Source: an uncultured delta proteobacterium (lineage in GTDB: Bacteria > Myxococcota_A > Polyangia > Polyangiales > JAFGIB01). From it: 64,000 nucleotides of DNA. Position numbers and translations under genes: made by a program. Shown here in pieces: positions 9,785 through 19,537 of this stretch. The notes under the pieces are model-generated. The model saw only the letters and a program-made list of their open reading frames with translations. It was not told the origin of the DNA and ran no database searches. Position 1 is the first letter of the stretch, and every line of letters begins with the position of its first letter. Location of the stretch: NCBI GenBank assembly GCA_963778655.1, contig CAVZVA010000009.1:1024001-1088000 (forward strand), written 5' to 3'.

Positions 9785-11611
9785 ATGTCCTATTGCCTGA
9801 ACGAACCAGGTCGCCTCCGGCCCGGTGCAGCGGTGACTGCGCTCGTGCTCGTGCTTGCTGCCCAGGGCTGGGCCGGTTGTGTGTCGAAGGACTGCCCAGC
9901 GGGGTCCAAGCACGTCCAAGGCCAGTGCGTGGTCTCGCACGGTGACGATGCCGGATCAGGCGGTGGGTCCGGGACGACGGGCGGTCAGGGCGATGCGGGG
10001 GAGCCGGAACGGGACGCGGCCGATCAGGGTGGCGCGGGTGGCCAAGCTCCGCTGGGCGATGCGGGCATGGCACCTTGTGACGGCGGCGCATCAACGGCCT
10101 GCTGGCAAGATGATGACGGCGATGGCTTCGCGCCTTCGGGCGCGCAGCGCCAGATGCAGTGCAGGGCGAGCTGCGACAGCGGCTGGACCGCGACCGAGCC
10201 CACCGGCGATGCGATCGATTGCGACGATGGCGCTGCCGAAACGCACCCGATGCCTTGTTGGCCCGACGCCGATGGTGACGGCTTCGCCAGCGCAGCGATG
10301 GTTGTGCAGTGCGGCGCTTGCGACGCGGGATTCGTCGCCGAAGCCCCAGATGCCATGAGCGCGGACTGCGACGATGGATCCGCGACCGTGTATCCGGGTG
10401 CCGCTGAGGCGTGCGACGGGATCGACAATGACTGTGACGGTGATGTCGACGAGCAGGCGAGCAGCACGTGCAGCGCGGCGCACGCAACCGCCGAGTGCTC
10501 GAGCGAGGGCATGTGCAGCATCGCTACGTGCGACGCCAACTACGCCGATTGCGATGACGATGCGGTCAATGGCTGCGAGAAGTCGCTCGACTCCCCGAAC
10601 GACTGCGGCGCCTGCGGCGCCGTCTGCGACCAACTCGCCACCTGCGACAGCTCCACCTCGACGCCCAGCTGCGTGTGCTCACCGCCCGCCTTCGGCCCAG
10701 GCACCGAATGCGCCGGACTGGGGCCGCTGGCCGCGGGTGGCTACGAGACCTGTGTCATCGGGGCAGACAGTATCGTCCAATGCATCGGGTTGTATCAAGT
10801 GCAGCAGAAATTCTCGACGATCCATCTCCAGCAAATCAGCGGCTCGACCATCGAAATGTGTGGGCTCGACTTTGACGGACTGCTCCACTGCAGCGTCACC
10901 CAGACACCACCCTCGGGCAGTTACCTTCAAGTGGTCGTCGGCAGCTATCACGACTGTGCGCTCAGACCCAACCTGACCGCTACGTGCTGGACTTCCAGCG
11001 GGAACCCGATTCAAAGCCCCTATGACGTAGGCCAGCTCAACGTTCCGACCACGGACACATTTCGCCAGCTCGCCGCCGGGACCTATCACACGTGTGGGAT
11101 TCGGACAGACGGCACGGTTGCATGCTGGGGTGGTGGCAAGACCGCAGGGACCTGCGATTCCTATAACTGCGGCCAATCCCTTCCACCGTCCGGGAAGTTC
11201 ATACAACTCGCCGCGGGTCAGTTGCACACCTGCGGGCTGCGCGAGGACGGCACCGTGGAGTGCTGGGGCGCGGGCCAGACGAATACCGACAAGCAGCCAC
11301 AAGTCGGGCAGTCGCGAGCGCCGATTGATCCCATGACGTGGATCACCGCAGGCGCTTTCCACACCTGCGGAATCCGAAAGGCCGACGGCCAGGTCGAGTG
11401 CTGGGGCGCCGGGGACGGGGTGCACACCACTGACTTGGACCACGGACAATCCACCCCCCCCACCGGCGTGTTCACGCGACTGGCCGCCGGTTTCGACCAC
11501 ACCTGCGGCCTGACCAAGTCGGGCGATGTCCGCTGCTGGGGCGACAACGGATTCATGCAAACACCCGGCGAGCTCGCCGGCCCGTTTCCGCTCATCCCCA
11601 AAGCGCCGTAG
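9785..11611 (+). CDS. Lipoprotein with Asp/Cys-rich putative metal-binding (MopE-like) motifs and C-terminal RCC1/BLIP-II-like repeats
   Basis: DxDGDGF..DCDD..YPGAAEACDGIDNDCDGDVDE; repeated AAG.HTCG....GTV.CWG. Confidence 0.8.
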   Translation: MSYCLNEPGRLRPGAAVTALVLVLAAQGWAGCVSKDCPAGSKHVQGQCVVSHGDDAGSGGGSGTTGGQGDAGEPERDAADQGGAGGQAPLGDAGMAPCDGGASTACWQDDDGDGFAPSGAQRQMQCRASCDSGWTATEPTGDAIDCDDGAAETHPMPCWPDADGDGFASAAMVVQCGACDAGFVAEAPDAMSADCDDGSATVYPGAAEACDGIDNDCDGDVDEQASSTCSAAHATAECSSEGMCSIATCDANYADCDDDAVNGCEKSLDSPNDCGACGAVCDQLATCDSSTSTPSCVCSPPAFGPGTECAGLGPLAAGGYETCVIGADSIVQCIGLYQVQQKFSTIHLQQISGSTIEMCGLDFDGLLHCSVTQTPPSGSYLQVVVGSYHDCALRPNLTATCWTSSGNPIQSPYDVGQLNVPTTDTFRQLAAGTYHTCGIRTDGTVACWGGGKTAGTCDSYNCGQSLPPSGKFIQLAAGQLHTCGLREDGTVECWGAGQTNTDKQPQVGQSRAPIDPMTWITAGAFHTCGIRKADGQVECWGAGDGVHTTDLDHGQSTPPTGVFTRLAAGFDHTCGLTKSGDVRCWGDNGFMQTPGELAGPFPLIPKAP

Positions 11612-11741
11612 AAAGCGCTCCGATGAGCGCATGCTTCGCCTGCGTCGACGTCCGCAATGCGGCCATTTCTTCCTTGTAGCGAGGTCGGGAACACGACCCG
11701 GGTGGCCGGCAGGTAGGCGTGCCATTTCGTGGATTAGACCC

Positions 11742-11774
11742 GTAATTGACAAGTGGTCAATTACTAGTCATATT
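11742..11774 (+). promoter_or_regulatory. Sigma70-like promoter (TTGACA-17-CATATT) overlapped by a perfect inverted repeat GTAATTGAC-N5-GTCAATTAC
   Basis: -35 at 11746-11751, -10 at 11769-11774, repeat arms 11742-11750 and 11756-11764; ATG lies 8 nt after the -10. Confidence 0.75.
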
Positions 11775-11782
11775 GGCTCGCG

Positions 11783-12322
11783 ATGGCTCGGCTCGCTCTC
11801 GACGCCAAGCGGATGCGCAGGGCGCTCGCGTTGCTCGATGCGCGCATGCAGCAGCCGGCGCGCTTGGTCGTCGGCGGGGGCGCGGCCATGGTGCTCGCCT
11901 ATGACCATCCGCTCGCGACGCAGGACGTCGACGCCTTCGCGGCTCGCGGCGGGCTGCGGGTGGCCGAGCTCGACGCGCTGGCCAAGCAGGTGGCCGAGCA
12001 GCTCGGGATCGAGCCCGATTGGCTCAACGCGCATTTCGAGACCTTCACCGGGGTTCTGGCCGACGACTACGCCACGCGGCTGCGGTCCGTCTACCGCGGC
12101 CGCCAGCTGCAGGTCGACGCGCTCGGACCGGAGGACTTGCTGGTGATGAAGTGCTTTGCGGGCCGGGACAAGGACCGCCCCCACGCGCGTAAGCTGCTCC
12201 GGCTCGCCGCCGACCTGGGCATCGTCGACCGGCAGCTGGCCCAGTTGGTGAGCCGGCGCTACCCGGGCGCGCAGAAGGCGGCGGACTATTTCGACGACCT
12301 GCGCGACGAGGCCGATCTGTGA
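11783..12322 (+). CDS. DUF6036/AbiEii-like nucleotidyltransferase (putative toxin)
   Basis: VVGGGAAM...TQDVD catalytic motif, DWLN, MKCFAGRDKD. Confidence 0.8.
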   Translation: MARLALDAKRMRRALALLDARMQQPARLVVGGGAAMVLAYDHPLATQDVDAFAARGGLRVAELDALAKQVAEQLGIEPDWLNAHFETFTGVLADDYATRLRSVYRGRQLQVDALGPEDLLVMKCFAGRDKDRPHARKLLRLAADLGIVDRQLAQLVSRRYPGAQKAADYFDDLRDEADL

Positions 12323-13041
12323 AGGGCCTGTTGCGCCACGCGCCCACGGAGGCCGAGCTCGCGCGCCTCTACTACGAGCTGGCCCGCATCGGCGCGCCCT
12401 CGGTCGGTCGCCGCAGCGCGTGGCCATACCGTCCCCGGGGGCGCGAAGCCCTGATCGTGCTCGCGGCGGAGATGCTGCGCTTCGACCCGCGGCTGTTGTC
12501 GATCCTGCTGCAGCTCGTGTTGCTGGGATGGCGCGAGCTCAATCCGCTGGCATTGCGAGCACAGATGCAGAGCATGCGCTGGCCGCAAGCCTTGCTGGTG
12601 GTGCTCGATTTCGCCAAGGCCGCGTCGAGCGATTCCGAGCTGCGCCATTTCTGCGACTACGTGGCGGCCGGCTGGCTGCGAGTCGAGCCAGCCGAGCGCT
12701 TCTTCATCGACGCGGCACGGCCGGGCAGCCGCATGGCCGCGCGCCAGCTGGGGCGCAATCTCGCGCCTTATGCTCGCTGGGGCTTCTCGGGCAGTGAGAA
12801 GCCCACCGCCGATGCCTTCACCAAGCGCACCGTGGGGCGTTACGACGCCGCCACCCGCCGGCGCATCCTCGAGCAACTGCTCGAGCGCGTGCCCGAGATC
12901 ACCCTCGGCAACTATCTCGAAGCGGTCGACCACGCGATCAGCCGGCAGCAGGCCTTGCTCGACCTCAAGACTTGCCCGCGGCTCGCGCTCGAGGGCCACG
13001 GCCGCAGCGCTCGATGGCGCAAGCGCAGGCGGCGCGCGTAG
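12319..13041 (+). CDS. Hypothetical protein with C-terminal winged HTH (putative antitoxin/regulator)
   Basis: GTGA overlap with the NTase stop; C-terminal RRRILEQLL..ISRQQALLDLK..EGHGRSARW resembles a DeoR/Fic-type wHTH. Confidence 0.65.
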   Translation: MKGLLRHAPTEAELARLYYELARIGAPSVGRRSAWPYRPRGREALIVLAAEMLRFDPRLLSILLQLVLLGWRELNPLALRAQMQSMRWPQALLVVLDFAKAASSDSELRHFCDYVAAGWLRVEPAERFFIDAARPGSRMAARQLGRNLAPYARWGFSGSEKPTADAFTKRTVGRYDAATRRRILEQLLERVPEITLGNYLEAVDHAISRQQALLDLKTCPRLALEGHGRSARWRKRRRRA

Positions 13042-13240
13042 GGCGCGGCGCGCGGCCCCGCAGCGTCGCGCGCCAGCTTGCGCCGGGGAGAAGGCGCACC
13101 CAACGAGATCGCCTTTGCCCGAGCGACCGCGGCGACCCCTCGGACGCCGCCAAGCTCGCATCCGCGCCGCCGCGAGGCACCCGGTCCAGGCTGCAGGCAG
13201 AAGCTTGCCTCGGGGGTGCCGGGTCGGGTAACGCTCGGCC

Positions 13241-14236
13241 GTGCATCGCGGCGTGTCTCATCGCTGGTGGACGGCTGTTCGAGCCCTTGGATTCGCGTGC
13301 ACCGCGGGCGCGAGCGGGTTGCTGTTGCTGGCGCTGCTGCTTCCGGCGCCGGCGGCTGCCCAGGATGCGCTGTGGATACCCGAGCCGGCGCAGACTGGAA
13401 CGGCTTGGTACGCGGCGGCGCGTACGGCGCTCGAGGGTGAAGACGTGGTGGTGCGGGAGGGCGACGAAACCGGCGGGGCGTGCGCGCTGCAAAGCTGCGC
13501 GCTCGAACGCGCGAAGCAGCTCGGACTGCAGGTCGCGCTGGCCGTGCAGATCGAGCCGGGCTCCGCGGGCGGCGCGGAGCGCGCGAGCGTGCGCGCCGAA
13601 CGCGTCGACGGCCGCAGCGCACGGGGCGAGGCGACGATCGCGGGCGGGGACGTCGGGGCCGCGCTGCGCGCCGCCTACCGCCAGGCCGAGCTGGGGCTCG
13701 AGCTGGGCGAGCAAGGGCTGCTGCGGGTGGAGAGCACGCCGCAAGCCGCGCTGGTGGCGCTGGACGGCGAGCCGATCGGCAGCGCGCCGCTCGAGCAGCG
13801 GCTGTCGCCGGGCCAGCACCGGCTCGCGTTCTCGCTCGACGGCTTCGCCTCCCAGCAGCGAGAGGTCGAGGTGACACGCGGGCGCGCGACCGATCTGCGC
13901 GTGCAACTGGCGCGGGTCGCCGCTGCGCCCCCACCGGTGCGGCGGGCGCGCTCGGCGCTCAACTACATCGTGGGCGGCGCGCTCTTGCTGGGCGCGGCGC
14001 CGGCCCTGGCGGTCTCGATCTCGACCCTCGCCCTCGACGGTGACTGCGCGGTTGCGCGCGACAGCAGCGGGCACTGCGCGCAGGTGGTGCACTTCGGTGC
14101 GCCGAGCGCGGTGCTGCTCGGCCTCGGCTCGGCGGCGCTGATCGCGGGCGGCTACTTCCTGATCGCCGCGCCGATCAGGGTCGAGGTGCGAGCCGGCCCG
14201 CACGCGCTGCAGGTCGGCGCCCGCGTGCGCTTCTGA
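13241..14236 (+). CDS. PEGA-domain protein
   Basis: GLLRVESTPQAALVALDGEPIGSAP..PGQHRL; hydrophobic hairpin; ends VGARVRF. Confidence 0.75.
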   Translation: MHRGVSHRWWTAVRALGFACTAGASGLLLLALLLPAPAAAQDALWIPEPAQTGTAWYAAARTALEGEDVVVREGDETGGACALQSCALERAKQLGLQVALAVQIEPGSAGGAERASVRAERVDGRSARGEATIAGGDVGAALRAAYRQAELGLELGEQGLLRVESTPQAALVALDGEPIGSAPLEQRLSPGQHRLAFSLDGFASQQREVEVTRGRATDLRVQLARVAAAPPPVRRARSALNYIVGGALLLGAAPALAVSISTLALDGDCAVARDSSGHCAQVVHFGAPSAVLLGLGSAALIAGGYFLIAAPIRVEVRAGPHALQVGARVRF

Positions 14237-14251
14237 AGCCTGAGCGCCGCA

Positions 14252-16672
14252 TCACAAGCGCAACCGCGCGCCGGACCAAGCCCGCACCTGCAAGCCCCGG
14301 CCGTCGGTGTTCACGATCGTGCCGCCGACCTGGTCCAGACGCAGCACGTGCGGCACCACGCGCAGCCGCGCAAGAACTTCGGCGTGCGGGTGGCCGAAGC
14401 GGTTGCCGGCGCCGTCGCTGATGATCGCGAGCCGCGGCGAGACCGCGCGCAAGAACGCGGCGCTGCTGGAGGTGCGCGAGCCGTGGTGGCCGACCTTGAG
14501 CACGTCGGCGTGTAGCTTCGCGTGCTCCGCGAGCAGCACGGACTCCGCGTGCGCTTCGGCATCGCCCGTAAACAGTAAGCTGCGGCGGCCGTAGTCGATG
14601 CGCAGCACGATCGAGTTGTCGTTGGGGTCGTAGCCCGGGTCGTAGCGCGGGCAGGGCGCGAGCACGCGGATGCGTGCAGCGCCGGCCGCGATCGCGCGCC
14701 CGCACAGCTCCGCCGGCCGCCGCACGCGAACACCGAGCGCGCGCGCGTGCTGCAGCAGGCGCGCGGCCTCGCCCGAGGACGCTTGCAGCTCGGCTTCGCC
14801 CTCGGCCTGGCCGTTGTCCCAGAGCTCGCCGATCTCGACCTGACCGAGCAACGCCGCGAGCCCTCCGTAGTGGTCCGGATGCGGATGCGTGAGCACCACG
14901 AGGTCCAGGCGCGCTCTGCGCCGCGCGCGCAGCAGCGGCAGCAGCACGCGGCTGCCGGGGTCCGGACCGCCGCCCGGGTTGCCGCCGGCGTCGATCAGCA
15001 TGGCGCGGCCATCGGGCAGGTCGACCAGCGCGGCATCGCCCTGGCCCACGTCGAGGAAGGTCGCGCGCAGGCTGCCCACCGGTTGCTCCGCGCGCCGCAG
15101 ACGCAGCTCGAGCGCGCCCAGGCCGAGCAGCGCCAGCGCCGCCAGCGCCAGCCGTGCGCGCGCGCTGCGCAGCACCAGCAAGGAGGCCGCGGCGAGCGCG
15201 AGCAACAACCCCTGCCAAACGTCCGGCGGCGGCCAGTCGAGCGGCGGCGCCAGCCGCGCGAACACCTCGCACGCCGCCACGAAGCCGTCGGCCACGAGCA
15301 CCAGCGGCGCCGCGCTGGCCGCGGCGAACGGCGTGAGCGTGCACAGCAGCGCGTGCGCGAACGAGAGCGGCACCAGCACCAGCGCGGCAAGCGGCACCAG
15401 CAGCACGTTGGCCAGCAGCCCGAGCCACGGCACGCGCCCGAAGCACCACAACACGATCGGCGCGGTCGCCAGCGTGGTGCGCGCGCTCAGCGCCAGCGCC
15501 GCGCGCAGCCACGCGCGCAGATCGGATGCGGGCTGCAGACGCCCGCCGAGGATGGCCGCGGTGGCCGCGATCGAGAGCAGAAACGCGGGGCTCGCGGCCT
15601 CGGCGGGTGCGCACGCGCCGAGCAGCAGCGCCGCCAGCGCGGCCAGCGCAGTCGGGTCGGGCCGGTGACCGAGAGCGACCAGGGCGAAACCGAGCGCGGC
15701 GGTGACAGCGGCGCGCCAGGCGCTGGGCGCGCCGCCGGCGAACGCCGCGTACGCGAGCACCAGCGGCACGCCCAGCGCGCAGGCCGCGCGGCGCGCCTCG
15801 AAGCGCAGCGCCAAGGCCTCGCAGCGCAACCACGCGGTCTGCAGCAGGGCGAGCAGCAGCGCGGCCGCGAGCGCCACGTGCAGGCCCGACACCGCCAGCA
15901 CGTGCAGCAGCCCGGCGTCGCGGATGGCGTCGTGGTCTTCGGGGTCGACCGCGCCGGCATCGCCCAGCACCAGCGCGCGCGCGATGCCCGCCACGCGCGC
16001 CGGCAAGCTCGCGTCGAGCGCGGCGCGCACGCGCGCGCGCACGGCTTCGAGCGCGGCGCGCGGCGGCGACAGCGCGAGCACGCGTACCGCGGCCGGGCTG
16101 GCGATCCACGCGCTGCCGCGTAGCGCGAAACGCTGCGGCGGAGGCGGGTGCGGCGTCGGGTTGCGGAACGGCAGTCGCGGCGCGAGCTTGGCCAGCACGC
16201 GCACGCGCGCGCCTTCGGGCAGCGCGACCGGGGCAGCCGACAACAGCGTGCCCGGCGCGATCGGCGCGCCGTCTTCGAGCCGAGCGCCGTGCAGCACCCG
16301 CAGCACCGAGCGCTGCCGTTGCCCGGGGCCCGGGCGGGTTTGCTCGACCCGCCCTTCGAAGCGCGCCATCCCTGCCGGAACCAGTGCGTCCGGCACCGCC
16401 GGCCGCTGGCCCGCGACCAGCCCGCAGCCGAAGCTCGCGGCCGCGAGTAGCGCGAGCAGGGCCGGCGCCGCGCGCGCCGGGCGCTGCCGCGCGACATCGC
16501 GCGCCGGAAGCAGCCCAAAGACCGCCACGAGCAGGGCCACGGCGAGCGCCGCACTGGCCACCGCCGGCGCCCACATGCCTGGAGAAGTTGCGGGTGCGCA
16601 GGTCAGGCCCGAGACCCAGGCGACAGCCAGTGGTACCAGCGGGCTCAGCGCGTGCGGCTCCAAAGGACGCAT
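14252..16672 (-). CDS. comEC: DNA internalization competence protein ComEC/Rec2
   Basis: GLLHVLAVSGLHV competence motif; FLDVGQGDA, THPHPDHYGG and KVGHHGS metallo-beta-lactamase motifs; start uncertain (16672 or 16723). Confidence 0.92.
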   Translation of the reverse strand: MRPLEPHALSPLVPLAVAWVSGLTCAPATSPGMWAPAVASAALAVALLVAVFGLLPARDVARQRPARAAPALLALLAAASFGCGLVAGQRPAVPDALVPAGMARFEGRVEQTRPGPGQRQRSVLRVLHGARLEDGAPIAPGTLLSAAPVALPEGARVRVLAKLAPRLPFRNPTPHPPPPQRFALRGSAWIASPAAVRVLALSPPRAALEAVRARVRAALDASLPARVAGIARALVLGDAGAVDPEDHDAIRDAGLLHVLAVSGLHVALAAALLLALLQTAWLRCEALALRFEARRAACALGVPLVLAYAAFAGGAPSAWRAAVTAALGFALVALGHRPDPTALAALAALLLGACAPAEAASPAFLLSIAATAAILGGRLQPASDLRAWLRAALALSARTTLATAPIVLWCFGRVPWLGLLANVLLVPLAALVLVPLSFAHALLCTLTPFAAASAAPLVLVADGFVAACEVFARLAPPLDWPPPDVWQGLLLALAAASLLVLRSARARLALAALALLGLGALELRLRRAEQPVGSLRATFLDVGQGDAALVDLPDGRAMLIDAGGNPGGGPDPGSRVLLPLLRARRRARLDLVVLTHPHPDHYGGLAALLGQVEIGELWDNGQAEGEAELQASSGEAARLLQHARALGVRVRRPAELCGRAIAAGAARIRVLAPCPRYDPGYDPNDNSIVLRIDYGRRSLLFTGDAEAHAESVLLAEHAKLHADVLKVGHHGSRTSSSAAFLRAVSPRLAIISDGAGNRFGHPHAEVLARLRVVPHVLRLDQVGGTIVNTDGRGLQVRAWSGARLRL

Positions 16673-16766
16673 CGCCCAAGGCTGGAAGCACGCCGAGTGC
16701 CGCTCCTGCGGCCACGAAAACACAGGGGAATCCAGGCTGGGCGGCGGCGGACCGCCGGCGGGCGTC

Positions 16767-16840
16767 TTGACACCGCCGGGTGACGGTTCTATGAAACCGC
16801 ATAACCAAAACCCTTACGCAAACGTGAGGGTTAGGGTTAT
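16767..16840 (+). promoter_or_regulatory. Putative promoter (TTGACA-17-TATGAA) followed by a MerR-type palindromic operator AACCCTTACG-CAAA-CGTGAGGGTT
   Basis: Arms 16809-16818 and 16823-16832 (1 mismatch), extended by ATAACC (16801-16806) and GGTTAT (16835-16840). Confidence 0.65.
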
Positions 16841-16850
16841 TATCAGAATC

Positions 16851-17375
16851 ATGCCGGTCCAACTCCCCGTTCTCAACGCCAGCCCGCCCGCCGACGAGCC
16901 GCTGGTGCGCCGCACGCTGCGGGTCGGCACGCTAGCGCGGCTCTGCGGCAAGACGGTGCGCGCGCTGCACCTGTATGAAGAGCTCGGCTTGCTCGAGCCG
17001 GTGGAGCGCAGCAAGGGCGGCTACCGCCTCTACGACGAGGACGCCGTCACCCGCGTGCGCTGGATCGGCAAGCTGCAGGAGATGGGCTTCTCACTCGGCG
17101 CGATTCAGACCATGGCGCGGCAGTGGGAGCACAGCGGCTCGGCGCCGGGCGCGATGGCCAAGGTCGAGCACCTGCTCAAGCAGAAGCTCGCGGAGACGCG
17201 CGAGCAGATCGCGCGCCTGCAGACGCTCGAGAGCGAGCTGCAGGCCAGCCTCGACTATTTGCGCACCTGCCCCAGCTGCGACCCCAAACAGATCATCGAA
17301 GCCTGCTCGGCCTGTGAGCTCCACGCCGAGCACGAGCACGCGCCGGAGCTGGTCGCCGGCTTCAGCGCGCACTGA
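16851..17375 (+). CDS. MerR-family transcriptional regulator with C-terminal CxxC-x8-CxxC motif
   Basis: LRVGTLARLCGKTVRALHLYEELGLL..GYRLY; coiled coil; tail CPSCDPKQIIEACSACELHAEHEH. Confidence 0.88.
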   Translation: MPVQLPVLNASPPADEPLVRRTLRVGTLARLCGKTVRALHLYEELGLLEPVERSKGGYRLYDEDAVTRVRWIGKLQEMGFSLGAIQTMARQWEHSGSAPGAMAKVEHLLKQKLAETREQIARLQTLESELQASLDYLRTCPSCDPKQIIEACSACELHAEHEHAPELVAGFSAH

Positions 17376-17402
17376 GCGCGAGCTCTACACGAGGAACACC
17401 CG

Positions 17403-18629
17403 ATGGCAGTCAAGCTTCCCATCTACATGGACAATGCGGCCACCACCGCCTGCGACCCGCGCGTGGTGCAAGCCATGCTGCCGTACTTTACCGAGAAGTT
17501 CGGCAACGCGGCCAGCCGCAGCCACAGCTTTGGCTGGGAAGCAGAGGAGGCCGTCGACTACGCGCGCGAGCAGGTCGCCAAGCTGATCGGCGCCAAGAGC
17601 GAGAAGGAAATTGCCTTCACCTCGGGCGCCACCGAGAGCGACAACCTCGCGATCAAGGGCGTGGCGAATTTCTATCGCAGCAAGGGCGACCACATCATCA
17701 CCTGCAAGACCGAGCACAAGGCGGTGCTCGACACCTGCAAGCGCCTGGAGCGCTCCGGCTTTCGCGTGACCTACCTCGACCCCGCGCCGGACGGCTCGGT
17801 TTCGCCCGACGACGTCAAGCGCGCGCTGACCGACAAGACCATCCTGGTCAGCCTGATGCTGGCCAACAACGAGATCGGCACGCTGCACCCGATCGCCGAG
17901 ATCGGTAAGGTCACGCGCGAGGCGGGCGTGCTGCTGCACTGCGACGCGGTGCAGGGTGTGGGCAAGGTCGAGTTCGACGTCGACTCGGCCAACGTGGACC
18001 TGTGCAGCATCTCGGCGCACAAGATGTACGGCCCCAAGGGCGTCGGCGCGCTGTATGTGCGGCGCAGCAAGCCGCGCGTGCGGATCGTGGCGGAGATGGA
18101 CGGCGGCGGCCACGAGCGCGGCATGCGCTCGGGCACGCTCAACGTGCCGGGCATCGTCGGCTTCGGCAAGGCGTGCGAGCTGGCGTTGGCCGAGTGGCGG
18201 CAAGACGCGGCGCGCATCCTGGCGCTGCGGCACAGGCTGCAGCACAAGCTCACGGGCGAGCTGGAGGAGGTGGAGCTCAACGGCGCCGACGATCCGCGCC
18301 GCGTGCCCGGCAACCTCAACCTGTCGTTCGCCTTCGTCGAGGGCGAGGCCCTGATGATGGCGATCAAAGACGTTGCGGTCTCGTCGGGCAGCGCCTGCAC
18401 CAGCGCCAGCCTCGAGCCCAGCTACGTGCTGCGCGCCCTGGGCGTGCACGGCGAGCTCGCGCACAGCTCGATCCGGTTCGGCCTGGGCAAGCTCAACACC
18501 GAAGAAGAAGTCGACTACGTGGGCGATCTCGTGGTCGAGCAAGTACGACGGCTACGCGAGATGTCGCCGCTTTACGAGATGCACAAGGAAGGCATCGACA
18601 TCAACACCATCCAGTGGGAGGCCCACTGA
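17403..18629 (+). CDS. iscS: Cysteine desulfurase IscS
   Basis: [18 protein letters not shown] (PLP Lys), [17 protein letters not shown]. Confidence 0.96.
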   Translation: MAVKLPIYMDNAATTACDPRVVQAMLPYFTEKFGNAASRSHSFGWEAEEAVDYAREQVAKLIGAKSEKEIAFTSGATESDNLAIKGVANFYRSKGDHIITCKTEHKAVLDTCKRLERSGFRVTYLDPAPDGSVSPDDVKRALTDKTILVSLMLANNEIGTLHPIAEIGKVTREAGVLLHCDAVQGVGKVEFDVDSANVDLCSISAHKMYGPKGVGALYVRRSKPRVRIVAEMDGGGHERGMRSGTLNVPGIVGFGKACELALAEWRQDAARILALRHRLQHKLTGELEEVELNGADDPRRVPGNLNLSFAFVEGEALMMAIKDVAVSSGSACTSASLEPSYVLRALGVHGELAHSSIRFGLGKLNTEEEVDYVGDLVVEQVRRLREMSPLYEMHKEGIDINTIQWEAH

Positions 18630-18662
18630 GCCACGCGGCCCTGACCGCGCACGGGAGATTCC

Positions 18663-19067
18663 ATGGCGTATTCGGACAAGGTCATCGAGCACTACGAGCA
18701 GCCCCGCAACGTCGGCACGCTGGACAAGGAAGACCCGAACGTGGGCACCGGCCTGGTGGGCGCGCCTGCCTGCGGTGACGTGATGCGGCTGCAGATCAAG
18801 GTCAATCCGGAGACCGGCGTGGTCGAGGACGCGAAGTTCAAGACCTTCGGCTGCGGCAGCGCGATCGCCTCCTCGTCGCTGGTGACCGAGTGGGTCAAGG
18901 GCAAGACCTTGGACGAAGCGATGGCGCTCAAGAACTCACAGATCGTCGAGGAGCTCAACCTGCCTCCGGTCAAGATCCACTGTTCGGTGTTGGCGGAGGA
19001 CGCGATCAAGAGCGCCATCGCCGACTTCCGCAAGAAGCAGGGCAGCCGCAAATCGGCCGCCGAGTAA
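18663..19067 (+). CDS. iscU: Fe-S scaffold IscU
   Basis: [31 protein letters not shown]. Confidence 0.97.
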   Translation: MAYSDKVIEHYEQPRNVGTLDKEDPNVGTGLVGAPACGDVMRLQIKVNPETGVVEDAKFKTFGCGSAIASSSLVTEWVKGKTLDEAMALKNSQIVEELNLPPVKIHCSVLAEDAIKSAIADFRKKQGSRKSAAE

Positions 19068-19099
19068 ACGCGCACCGCAGCCCCGCCCACGAGCCAGCC

Positions 19100-19519
19100 A
19101 TGAGCCTCGCACCTCGAAGATCAGCCCATCAGCCGGTGAACCCCGCCGAGCACGTGCCCGTCGATCCGCAGAGCTTCGCGGGCGATGGCGCCGAGGTTGT
19201 GCGCTTGACGCCCAAGGCGATCGAGATGGCCAAGCGCGCGCTGCAGAAGCGCGGCACGCCCGAGGGGGCGCTGCGGCTCGGCGTGCGTGGCGGCGGCTGC
19301 TCCGGCGTGAGCTACGCGATCGAGTTCGCCGACAAGATCCGCGAGCGCGACAACGTCTACGACTTCGACGGACTGAGTGTGGTGGTCGACCCCAAGAGCC
19401 TGGTCTACCTGCGCGGGTCGGTGCTGGACTACGAGATCCAGCTGATGCAGCACGGCTTCAAATTCCAGAATCCGAACGAGAAGAGCAGCTGCGGTTGCGG
19501 CGAGTCCTTCTCGGTCTGA
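19100..19519 (+). CDS. iscA: Fe-S carrier IscA (HesB family)
   Basis: GGGCSG and CGCGESF. Confidence 0.93.
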   Translation: MSLAPRRSAHQPVNPAEHVPVDPQSFAGDGAEVVRLTPKAIEMAKRALQKRGTPEGALRLGVRGGGCSGVSYAIEFADKIRERDNVYDFDGLSVVVDPKSLVYLRGSVLDYEIQLMQHGFKFQNPNEKSSCGCGESFSV

Positions 19520-19537
19520 TCTGCTCTGGAAACCGCC

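Noticed and set aside
15702..16850. N-terminal extension of the MerR ORF (557 aa in the track)
   Set aside because: Antisense to comEC and runs through the promoter/operator; the real start is most likely ATG 16851.
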